From: a virus | Lineage: Duplodnaviria > Caudoviricetes | Strand: one strand, 5' to 3' | Length of the DNA stretch: 64,000 nt | Virus record (IMG/VR): IMGVR_UViG_3300037963_002171 | Span: 1,986-65,985 of that record | Shown: positions 54,422-61,630 of the stretch, piece after piece | How positions within the stretch are numbered: the first letter of the stretch is position 1 | How the letters are laid out: every line of letters begins with the position of its first letter | Notes under the pieces: generated by a model | Told to the model about the DNA's origin: nothing | Databases searched by the model: none | What the model saw: the letters and a program-made list of their open reading frames with translations, nothing else | Translations under genes and position numbers: made by a program

Positions 54422-54547
54422 TTATCGTCCTTGTCCTCTATAGGGTTTTTTATAATTATTTTGAGACTTACTAGCATTTTTGCTATGTATGCCTTTTCTC
54501 TTTTTACCCCCACTGCTTCTATAAACGAAACTATTTTGCTTTGCCAT
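54422..54547 (-). CDS. Small basic protein (41 aa, ...KKPYRGQGR)
   Basis: Hand-translated; fills the gap. Confidence 0.6.
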   Translation of the reverse strand: MAKQNSFVYRSSGGKKRKGIHSKNASKSQNNYKKPYRGQGR

Positions 54548-54917
54548 TTCTAACTTTTTCTAACGAGCGTCCCCCAAAATAGGAACCCACGATTGTTATT
54601 AGTACCATAGTTAATAAATCTGTCCACTTTTCTTCAACTTCAAACGCTATAAATCCAGCGTCTATAAATATCAAAAGCATAGTGCACACCATTACAAATA
54701 TAAGCATTAATGGTCTAACGTTTTTTGAAAGCCATGAATCGCTATTCATATCAGCCTTCCACCTATCTGTAATGTTCTGTTCCATTTGAGCTTCATGACT
54801 GAGTATCAGTTCTTTAAGCTTTCTTTTTGCTTCCAGTCTTTCTTCATCTGTAGTTATTACAGTATCTAGTATTTCACTAGCATTTCCAATAAGACCTTTT
54901 ATTACTCCTTTTAACAT
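54531..54917 (-). CDS. Holin (3TM/GTA-holin-like)
   Basis: RWKADMNSDSWLSKNVRP, two transmembrane segments and YFGGRSLEK; next to the lysin gene. Confidence 0.8.
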   Translation of the reverse strand: MLKGVIKGLIGNASEILDTVITTDEERLEAKRKLKELILSHEAQMEQNITDRWKADMNSDSWLSKNVRPLMLIFVMVCTMLLIFIDAGFIAFEVEEKWTDLLTMVLITIVGSYFGGRSLEKVRNGKAK

Positions 54918-55381
54918 AAACTAAAATCTTTATATTCTATTGTTACACACTCTCCGCTTTCTATAGCTTTTGCTATACGAGGGTATATTCTTTTATAAGC
55001 TTGTGTAGACTTGCCTATAAAACCGTTCTTCGTGATTTGGTTGTTTTCTTGGGAGTCGCCAACCAAGAGACACCCAGCTGTATGCTCGTCAGTATTACCA
55101 CAATGTATAAGTATATACTCAAAATTAGGCACATTAGTAACGTGAAGCATACCAATATGAATGTCAGAAAAGCGTTTCTTATATTTTTCATTATATCCAC
55201 CCACTCTTCTAAGTTCCAAATCATAAATGCCTTCAGGTATTCTAGTTTCTCCATAAACTTTATTTTCTCTATATTCATCTTCTAAAGTGTAGGCTAAAAA
55301 TTTTCTTTTATCTCCAACCTCAAACAACATACCATTTGTACAATCTTCTCCATTTGAAAATCTAATAACCTCTAATTTCAT
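54911..55381 (-). CDS. Putative endolysin (DUF5675-like cysteine peptidase)
   Basis: YTLED, TRIPEG.Y and ILIHCGNT..HTAGCLLVG motifs. Confidence 0.75.
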   Translation of the reverse strand: MKLEVIRFSNGEDCTNGMLFEVGDKRKFLAYTLEDEYRENKVYGETRIPEGIYDLELRRVGGYNEKYKKRFSDIHIGMLHVTNVPNFEYILIHCGNTDEHTAGCLLVGDSQENNQITKNGFIGKSTQAYKRIYPRIAKAIESGECVTIEYKDFSLC

Positions 55382-55655
55382 TGTATTTAGTATTTGCGTT
55401 TATTGTTATTTCTGCACCTGATGTTACAGAAATTGTTCTTATTTGATTTAAAACAGTAGAGTCTTGGCTATTTATATTACATAAAGGTGGATTAGGATTA
55501 GCCTTACCACTTTCAGAATACACACCACTAATATATGATGTTTTTTGAAATGTAACCTTTGGTTTAGATGGTTGCAAATCAATAGTTATTTCACCCAACC
55601 CACCAGTAGAGTTACAATGTATTTGTATAGCATTATTTGCAACTTTGTATTTCAT
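55362..55655 (-). CDS. Small beta-rich protein
   Basis: ORF in the late operon. Confidence 0.5.
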   Translation of the reverse strand: MKYKVANNAIQIHCNSTGGLGEITIDLQPSKPKVTFQKTSYISGVYSESGKANPNPPLCNINSQDSTVLNQIRTISVTSGAEITINANTKYNEIRGY

Positions 55656-55664
55656 AAAAAAAAA

Positions 55665-56258
55665 TTAACCTTCCGTTGTTAAACCAGTTAAAGTACTAGT
55701 CTGGTCTTCACCAGTATCAGATGTATTCCAAGGATTAGTAACCTCAGTAACAGCTCCAGTTGTGTCACCAGTAGGAAGTCCACCAAAAGCAGAATATGGG
55801 TTTTCGTCTACTACAATAAAATCTCCATACAACCAATATGTCATTTGAGCATCTGCTTCCCCTTGAGGAGGAGTTCCGTCTTGGTCATTTAATTGAGTGA
55901 ATAAAACATATTTATAAGTTCCTCTGCCAGGCCAAAATCCACTTGGACCAAAAGCCTCTATAGTTATTTTCCCATCTTCTACAGTAGACCTAAAAGTTAT
56001 AGTTTCAGTAGTAGCCTCTTCAGACTCAGGGTTAGCATAATAAAAATTTCTTATAACAGCTCCAGTTTTACCAAATACAGTAAAATAAGCTTTATCTGTT
56101 AAAGTTTGTATACCAGAACCAGAAGCTCCACCACCTGTAGTAAAGTCATAATCACTTCCGTCGCTATCTTTTATATTAACGACTAATTTAAAATAATTAC
56201 CCCTTAAAGCTTTTATATTAAGCCTTTGTGCTGGATATGTTATTGCAGTATTTGCCAT
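55665..56258 (-). CDS. Putative Ig-like virion structural protein
   Basis: RGNYFKLVVNIKD...YDFT...GTYKY...WLYGDFIV. Confidence 0.55.
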   Translation of the reverse strand: MANTAITYPAQRLNIKALRGNYFKLVVNIKDSDGSDYDFTTGGGASGSGIQTLTDKAYFTVFGKTGAVIRNFYYANPESEEATTETITFRSTVEDGKITIEAFGPSGFWPGRGTYKYVLFTQLNDQDGTPPQGEADAQMTYWLYGDFIVVDENPYSAFGGLPTGDTTGAVTEVTNPWNTSDTGEDQTSTLTGLTTEG

Positions 56259-56653
56259 TATTGAAACTTATTTAAAATAATTGTATCAACAGAATGCTGT
56301 ATAGTTTTTTTATCAGCATCTAACTGAAACATTATATTAGGATTAAATCTTTCTTTTTCCTCTCCGTTATCAAAAACTAAAACTGTAGGTACAGCAGATA
56401 TATTATATTCTTTTTGCACCTTGTTGCATTTGCCAATATCCACTCTATATTTTTCACACTCTTTTAATTTATTAAGCTCTGCAAATTGGTTAGAAGAATT
56501 CCAAGCCACCCAAAACTCTACCACAACAACGTCTTTAGCTATTGTTTTATTAAAGTTTTCAAAACTAACAAAGTCTTGCCCAACAGCAGTACCAACTATA
56601 AAGAAAAATATAGATAATAAAATATAGGCAATATTTGTTATATTAATGCTCAT
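56258..56653 (-). CDS. Exported thioredoxin-fold protein lacking CxxC
   Basis: N-terminal signal/transmembrane segment; VVVEFWVAWNSSN, YNISAVPTVLVFDNGEE. Confidence 0.75.
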   Translation of the reverse strand: MSINITNIAYILLSIFFFIVGTAVGQDFVSFENFNKTIAKDVVVVEFWVAWNSSNQFAELNKLKECEKYRVDIGKCNKVQKEYNISAVPTVLVFDNGEEKERFNPNIMFQLDADKKTIQHSVDTIILNKFQ

Positions 56654-56931
56654 TGCATGTTATCTATTTTGTTTCTGAGATATTTCATATCCTCTTTAAT
56701 CTCTGAAACATCTTCTTGAGTTGTTAAAATTGTTTGACGTATCATTTTGTCCTTCATGTCAAATTCCATTTTTGTAACCTCTGGTGGAGGAGCTATTGGA
56801 AGTTCTTTTGCTTCAGCTATATCAGCTTGTAGTGTAAACCACATACCTACAAAAGCAAAAATTAAAACTGATATTCCACCTAATGTTTTTAAGCTTACCT
56901 CAAACTTAGAATCTTCTGATATTTCTTTCAT
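56650..56931 (-). CDS. Single-TM coiled-coil membrane protein
   Basis: LGGISVLIFAFVGMWF followed by a heptad region. Confidence 0.65.
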   Translation of the reverse strand: MKEISEDSKFEVSLKTLGGISVLIFAFVGMWFTLQADIAEAKELPIAPPPEVTKMEFDMKDKMIRQTILTTQEDVSEIKEDMKYLRNKIDNMQ

Positions 56932-57140
56932 TTTTTTGCGAATTTTTCAACTCCGCTTATTCCAAAACACCCCAACACCACCCAAACGAAGCTGTCGTAT
57001 ACAAACTTATTAATAACCAAGTCTTTGCCCACCCAGCCTGTTACCAAATCTGCTACCATAATCAAGACCATAATAGCAAAAGCGACAAAACCAACTATCG
57101 CTTTTTCATTCCAATTATTATCGTCTTTAAATATGTTCAT
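56928..57140 (-). CDS. Two-TM membrane protein (holin-like)
   Basis: Two hydrophobic segments ending GISGVEKF. Confidence 0.65.
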   Translation of the reverse strand: MNIFKDDNNWNEKAIVGFVAFAIMVLIMVADLVTGWVGKDLVINKFVYDSFVWVVLGCFGISGVEKFAKK

Positions 57141-57442
57141 TAGTCGTATTGTCTCATTATATTACCACCATGTCCATACTTATACATCTTTCCGCCACCC
57201 ATCATTTTTTTCTTTTTCTTAACCTTACCGCCATACTTCATTTTTCTACCTGGAGTATTTGTTTTCATTTTAGCTCTTCTAGCTTTTTCATTATTTAAAA
57301 ACTCTTGCATAAACTCTTGAAGAGTCCTTCTAGTTTTTCCTCCATCTTTATATTCCATTTTACCACCTTTTTTCATATATCCCATTTTGTTTCTAACTTC
57401 TTTTGGTAGTTTTTTTAATCCAGGGTTGTTGGGTTTTTTCAT
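57140..57442 (-). CDS. Basic protein with five GG repeats, ending QYD
   Basis: MKKGGKM, YKDGGK, MKYGGKV, MMGGGKM and YGHGGNI. Confidence 0.7.
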   Translation of the reverse strand: MKKPNNPGLKKLPKEVRNKMGYMKKGGKMEYKDGGKTRRTLQEFMQEFLNNEKARRAKMKTNTPGRKMKYGGKVKKKKKMMGGGKMYKYGHGGNIMRQYD

Positions 57443-57444
57443 TT

Positions 57445-58035
57445 TTAATTTGTTTTATATTTTACTTTACCTCCTTCGATATAAATACCTTCTGGCTTCC
57501 TTATTGCTTGTCCCCACAAATTATACATTAAACCTGTGTTTATTGATTTGTCTATAACTTCTTCCATACCAACTCCGCAAGGAAGACCAGTATTGCAATC
57601 AACAAACTCCATTATATATTCAGTAATATATTCATATTCTATTTCTACTATAGTATCAGTTATATAAACGTATTCTGTTTCATACACAAACTCCACCTCT
57701 ACAATAGTATCATATATCCATTCTATAAATGGTATTTCAATAAATACAGTATCACATTCTTCTATATTAGGAAGGCAATCGGAAGGTAACGTTGGCTCTG
57801 CTCCATTTTCATCGTCTCCATTGACACAATCGGCCCACCCATCGTTAAGATAAAACAATCCTCCTTCTCCATTAGGAACACATCCATTTGGTGAATACTG
57901 AGTCCAATTAGCTGGGTCATCCCCACAAAAAAATCCATTTTGTGCTGCGCAATCTAAACATAGTTGCTGAAAATCATAGCCTTGAGAAAAGGCATAAGAA
58001 GAGAAAAGGATGAATATATATATTAGTTTCTTCAT
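57445..58035 (-). CDS. Secreted protein with LDL-receptor class A-like motif and T9SS-type C-terminal signal
   Basis: Sec signal MKKLIYIFILFSSYAFSQ; NDGWADCVNGDDE; DTIVE repeats; YNLWGQ...GIYIEGGK. Confidence 0.65.
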   Translation of the reverse strand: MKKLIYIFILFSSYAFSQGYDFQQLCLDCAAQNGFFCGDDPANWTQYSPNGCVPNGEGGLFYLNDGWADCVNGDDENGAEPTLPSDCLPNIEECDTVFIEIPFIEWIYDTIVEVEFVYETEYVYITDTIVEIEYEYITEYIMEFVDCNTGLPCGVGMEEVIDKSINTGLMYNLWGQAIRKPEGIYIEGGKVKYKTN

Positions 58036-58036
58036 A

Positions 58037-59107
58037 TTACAAAAATAAATAATTTATTCCAATCTTAAATTCATGCACAGGCTTCATCCAATATCTTTGG
58101 TGTGAACCCTCTACAAATAAACCTAGGCTTTTGGTTAGCCTTACACCTAATACGAGACCTGCGTCCCATTCAATTACGGCTGGTATAGGGTCCTCATCCC
58201 ACTGGGGGAGGTCATAGTCAAAACTATAGTCATCTAGACCAATGTGGTATGGAAGAATATTCATCCAGCCGTGACACCACCACTTGGGAGTCCACTTGTA
58301 ATAAGCCACACCAAGAGTTGCAGAAAATTCTTTTTGCAGTCCTAGTTTTTCTAATTCACTATCATTGAATTCATCAATGGCATTTCCAAAATGATATGTC
58401 ATAAATTCTTCTGTTGTATGTGCTATCATGACGGAATCTCCGCTTGACACATCAAACCAGTCGTAGTTTACATAGTTTCCTTGTCTCCACTGTTCACTTA
58501 CATATCCAAAGTCTTCAGCTATGGCAGTAAATGGTGTAACAGAGGGGTCCCAAAACTCGTATATTGGTAAAAACCCATATGCAGGGTGTATTCTAAATGC
58601 AGCACCTAATGTAAAATCCCAATTTCCAATGTTTTTACGCCATTTAAGCTCAGATAATACATATTTAAGGTCTACCCTTTGGTTGTCTACAAATTGTCCC
58701 TTTAAAACGAACCAATCACCTAAATAACGTAAAAAGAAATCCTGATTTACATACTCTTCTCCCCTATCTCTTATAAAAGAAAGGTTTGCAAGGTATTCCC
58801 AGCCTTTAGCATTACCTATAGGCGCTTTATTAGCCATTGTAGATTCTGTTCCATCATAAAAAGACTTCACCTTGTGTTCATAATCAAAACGAGCCACCTT
58901 GCGAAGGCCTAATGTAAAATTATAATCTACGGGGTTAATTTCTGTAATATCTATAAGTTGTTTATCTTCTATTTTAAACATGCCGTCTTCTAGAGTAGAA
59001 GAACCCATAGTAGAAGACGCATAAAAAGTTGAATACTTAAAGAAATCTTTTATTTGTGCATTTGCGAAAGAGCACAAAACTAATAGTAAAAATACAAAAT
59101 TTTTCAT
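58037..59107 (-). CDS. Putative outer-membrane beta-barrel protein
   Basis: Signal peptide ending ANA-Q, amphipathic aromatic strands and C-terminal FKIGINYLFL. Confidence 0.65.
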   Translation of the reverse strand: MKNFVFLLLVLCSFANAQIKDFFKYSTFYASSTMGSSTLEDGMFKIEDKQLIDITEINPVDYNFTLGLRKVARFDYEHKVKSFYDGTESTMANKAPIGNAKGWEYLANLSFIRDRGEEYVNQDFFLRYLGDWFVLKGQFVDNQRVDLKYVLSELKWRKNIGNWDFTLGAAFRIHPAYGFLPIYEFWDPSVTPFTAIAEDFGYVSEQWRQGNYVNYDWFDVSSGDSVMIAHTTEEFMTYHFGNAIDEFNDSELEKLGLQKEFSATLGVAYYKWTPKWWCHGWMNILPYHIGLDDYSFDYDLPQWDEDPIPAVIEWDAGLVLGVRLTKSLGLFVEGSHQRYWMKPVHEFKIGINYLFL

Positions 59108-59108
59108 A

Positions 59109-59798
59109 TTATGCTAAACTTAATCCATAAATTGGATATTTATCTTTATTTGGAGTTCTTGATGGAGTTGCTTTTACATAACAAAAAGCAGTATCACCAC
59201 TACTTATTGTAACATGTTTCCACCTTCCCTCTATAATAACACCTGTATCTAAATTACCTGCAGCAGAATAACTTGTACCACCAGCATCAGTTGGAGTTCC
59301 ATAAAATGTTTCTGACCAGTTACCATTCCAGTCAGTTAAACCATCAGACAACTTGGTGCCAGGAAAATGATTTAAAGAAGGATGAAGATTAGTTAATGTA
59401 CCTGACTTTGTTATTTGTATTGCTACTATTTCGTATTTTGGTAAATTACATAGCTTTTCGTCATCTAAAACAGCAAGTCTAGCACCTTCTTCTAATGTTA
59501 TTGTTCCACTTGTTGAGCCTGCACCTGTAAAAGACTTAACAGTTCCTAAATATATATAGTCACCATCACCTTGTCTATTACCAGAAGTACTGTCTTTTCC
59601 ACTGTGAGTAACAAATAAATCTTGTCCAACAAATAAATTGCCAGAATCAGCAACATAATTATCAAAGGCTATAGTTGTAGCACCCATTGCTATATTTGAA
59701 CCATTGTTTACTTTGCAAACCATACCCGACAAATCACAACTTCCTCCGTTTTCTATGTTTATAATTCCATCATATAAACTAACTTTATTACTTGGCAT
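59109..59798 (-). CDS. Structural protein, paralog family C
   Basis: YDGII...DLSG, YEIVAIQI and IEGRWKHV motifs. Confidence 0.6.
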   Translation of the reverse strand: MPSNKVSLYDGIINIENGGSCDLSGMVCKVNNGSNIAMGATTIAFDNYVADSGNLFVGQDLFVTHSGKDSTSGNRQGDGDYIYLGTVKSFTGAGSTSGTITLEEGARLAVLDDEKLCNLPKYEIVAIQITKSGTLTNLHPSLNHFPGTKLSDGLTDWNGNWSETFYGTPTDAGGTSYSAAGNLDTGVIIEGRWKHVTISSGDTAFCYVKATPSRTPNKDKYPIYGLSLA

Positions 59799-59824
59799 TT
59801 TATTTTAATTTTATTATTAATACT

Positions 59825-60472
59825 TTACACTCCAAATCTATGTTTTCTTTTGGGAGCCCAGCTTTTTGGTGTTTGATACCTGCTTGGAACCGCAATTAAA
59901 TAACACAAACATTCTTCATTATTATTACCATCAGTACCATCAATAACCACACGTTTAAATCTACCTGGTATCTCTGCTCCTTGAGGATAACCACCAGCTA
60001 AAGAATATGCTGTTCCATTATCACTAGCACCAGCAAACTTTTCAGAAGCAGACCAAGTTTGCAAATCTGTGTCTGTACTTCCTGGCCATTCTCTAGCCGC
60101 TGGAGTAAGTACTGCTAGATAAGTTGTGTCATTCAAAATTTGTATTTTTGCTATCTCAAACTTTGTTTCTTTATGAACAAAATCATTATTTGATATATCC
60201 ATAGATAAGTTTTCTAAAAAATAAACATCCTCATCATCAACTTTAGATATTTTCCCTATAATTTCATTTGTTAAACTATGAATTAACACATCTCCTGGAA
60301 AAAGTTTATCAGAATGGTCTGCATTTAATCTAATAGAATGAGAACCCACTACAGCGGGAAAACTACTAGTTACAGAAACTTGCATATTAAAATCACCAGT
60401 AAGGTCTAAACTGTCCCTAGCTGCGTTTAAATATACAAGTCCATCATAAGCAAATCCTGCAGATGCTGTCAT
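59825..60472 (-). CDS. Structural protein, paralog family C
   Basis: YDGLV...DLTG, FEIAKIQI and IPGRFKRV motifs. Confidence 0.6.
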   Translation of the reverse strand: MTASAGFAYDGLVYLNAARDSLDLTGDFNMQVSVTSSFPAVVGSHSIRLNADHSDKLFPGDVLIHSLTNEIIGKISKVDDEDVYFLENLSMDISNNDFVHKETKFEIAKIQILNDTTYLAVLTPAAREWPGSTDTDLQTWSASEKFAGASDNGTAYSLAGGYPQGAEIPGRFKRVVIDGTDGNNNEECLCYLIAVPSRYQTPKSWAPKRKHRFGV

Positions 60473-60478
60473 AAATTA

Positions 60479-60640
60479 TTACCTTGGGCTTTTTACAATT
60501 TTTCCTCTAGTTATAGCTCTTGGCTTAGCGTAAGAGTGTCTACTCTTTCTAAACTGATGTTTTGCACTTTTAACTTTTCTACTAGAGGTTTTAGCTAACC
60601 CTGTTCTTGTGCTTTTAATTTGGTCTAATAAACTTCCCAT
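60479..60640 (-). CDS. Small basic protein (53 aa, MGSLLDQIKSTR...)
   Basis: Hand-translated; fills the gap. Confidence 0.55.
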   Translation of the reverse strand: MGSLLDQIKSTRTGLAKTSSRKVKSAKHQFRKSRHSYAKPRAITRGKIVKSPR

Positions 60641-60667
60641 TATATTATTTTTTTAATTATTATTAAT

Positions 60668-61102
60668 TTATTCTGAAAATAAAGCAATCTCATATTCCAT
60701 AGCAGAAGCTGATTGAGCTACAAAGACATCTAAATGTCCTGCATAAGGGATAAGAAAGGCAGTACCTTCATATACTCTACCTAATAAGTTATCTGCATCT
60801 GTTGGAGTGTTTCCATCTTTTACAAAAATTTCTAAATACTCTCCAGCTGTAGTTGATAGGTTTTTTATATACAGCACATGATTTAAGTCGTCTCCAAAGT
60901 CAGCTTCATCTATTACTCTTAATTTAGTAGTAGAACCGTGACTTCTTCTTGATACTCCTGTAAAATTATCTAAACCTTCTGTTCTTGTGCCAGCTTTTTT
61001 TAACTGAAAAGTGCAACTTATACTTAAAGGGTTAGATGTTATATTGCCAGAGCTTATACTTATTGAAGCCGTAGTTGTTGGTGATACTAGTTTTGTTGCC
61101 AT
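60668..61102 (-). CDS. Structural protein, family B-like
   Basis: LYIKNLSTT and YEIALF motifs; paralog of 61114-61590. Confidence 0.6.
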   Translation of the reverse strand: MATKLVSPTTTASISISSGNITSNPLSISCTFQLKKAGTRTEGLDNFTGVSRRSHGSTTKLRVIDEADFGDDLNHVLYIKNLSTTAGEYLEIFVKDGNTPTDADNLLGRVYEGTAFLIPYAGHLDVFVAQSASAMEYEIALFSE

Positions 61103-61113
61103 ATTATATTATT

Positions 61114-61590
61114 TTAAGCTTTTCCTAACTCAAAAACTGCAGAGTCTGCATCTATGCTTTCTGCAAAAACGCAATATTCTACAAAATCAGCAGCGTTAGG
61201 TGTTGTTACTGTTATATCTGAAGCACCAGTATGACCCTGTAAAGGTATTAAAGTGCTTTGACCTTCCCATAATTTACCAATAACACAATTTTGAGCAGAA
61301 GCATTAGTTGCTGTTATTGTAATATAAACAGTACCAGTGGTTGTAGTGTTTGGATTGTGTAACCACAGCCAAGCTGTAGCATCAGCAGCACCATGTTGGT
61401 CTGCATCAAAAATAACTACACCACCATTGGCACCTTCTATTCTTCTAACTCCTGTTGAGTTTTTTAGATTTGTTGAATTGTCAATAGCCGTTAAAGTAAA
61501 GGTTTGACTAATATTGATACTGTCAGAAGTCATACCAGTACTAGTTAAAGTAATGGTTGCTTTTGTTACTGGATTTGTTGAATAAGCCAT
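61114..61590 (-). CDS. Structural protein, family B-like
   Basis: LWLHNPNTT, GKLWEGQSTLIP and VEYCVF motifs. Confidence 0.6.
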   Translation of the reverse strand: MAYSTNPVTKATITLTSTGMTSDSINISQTFTLTAIDNSTNLKNSTGVRRIEGANGGVVIFDADQHGAADATAWLWLHNPNTTTTGTVYITITATNASAQNCVIGKLWEGQSTLIPLQGHTGASDITVTTPNAADFVEYCVFAESIDADSAVFELGKA

Positions 61591-61611
61591 TTTAAATCTA
61601 TTTTAATTATA

Positions 61612-61619
61612 CAAATATA
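61612..61619 (-). promoter_or_regulatory. Bacteroidota -7 promoter element (TATATTTG)
   Basis: Intergenic, upstream of the gene starting at 61590. Confidence 0.55.
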
Positions 61620-61630
61620 CTAAATTATTA

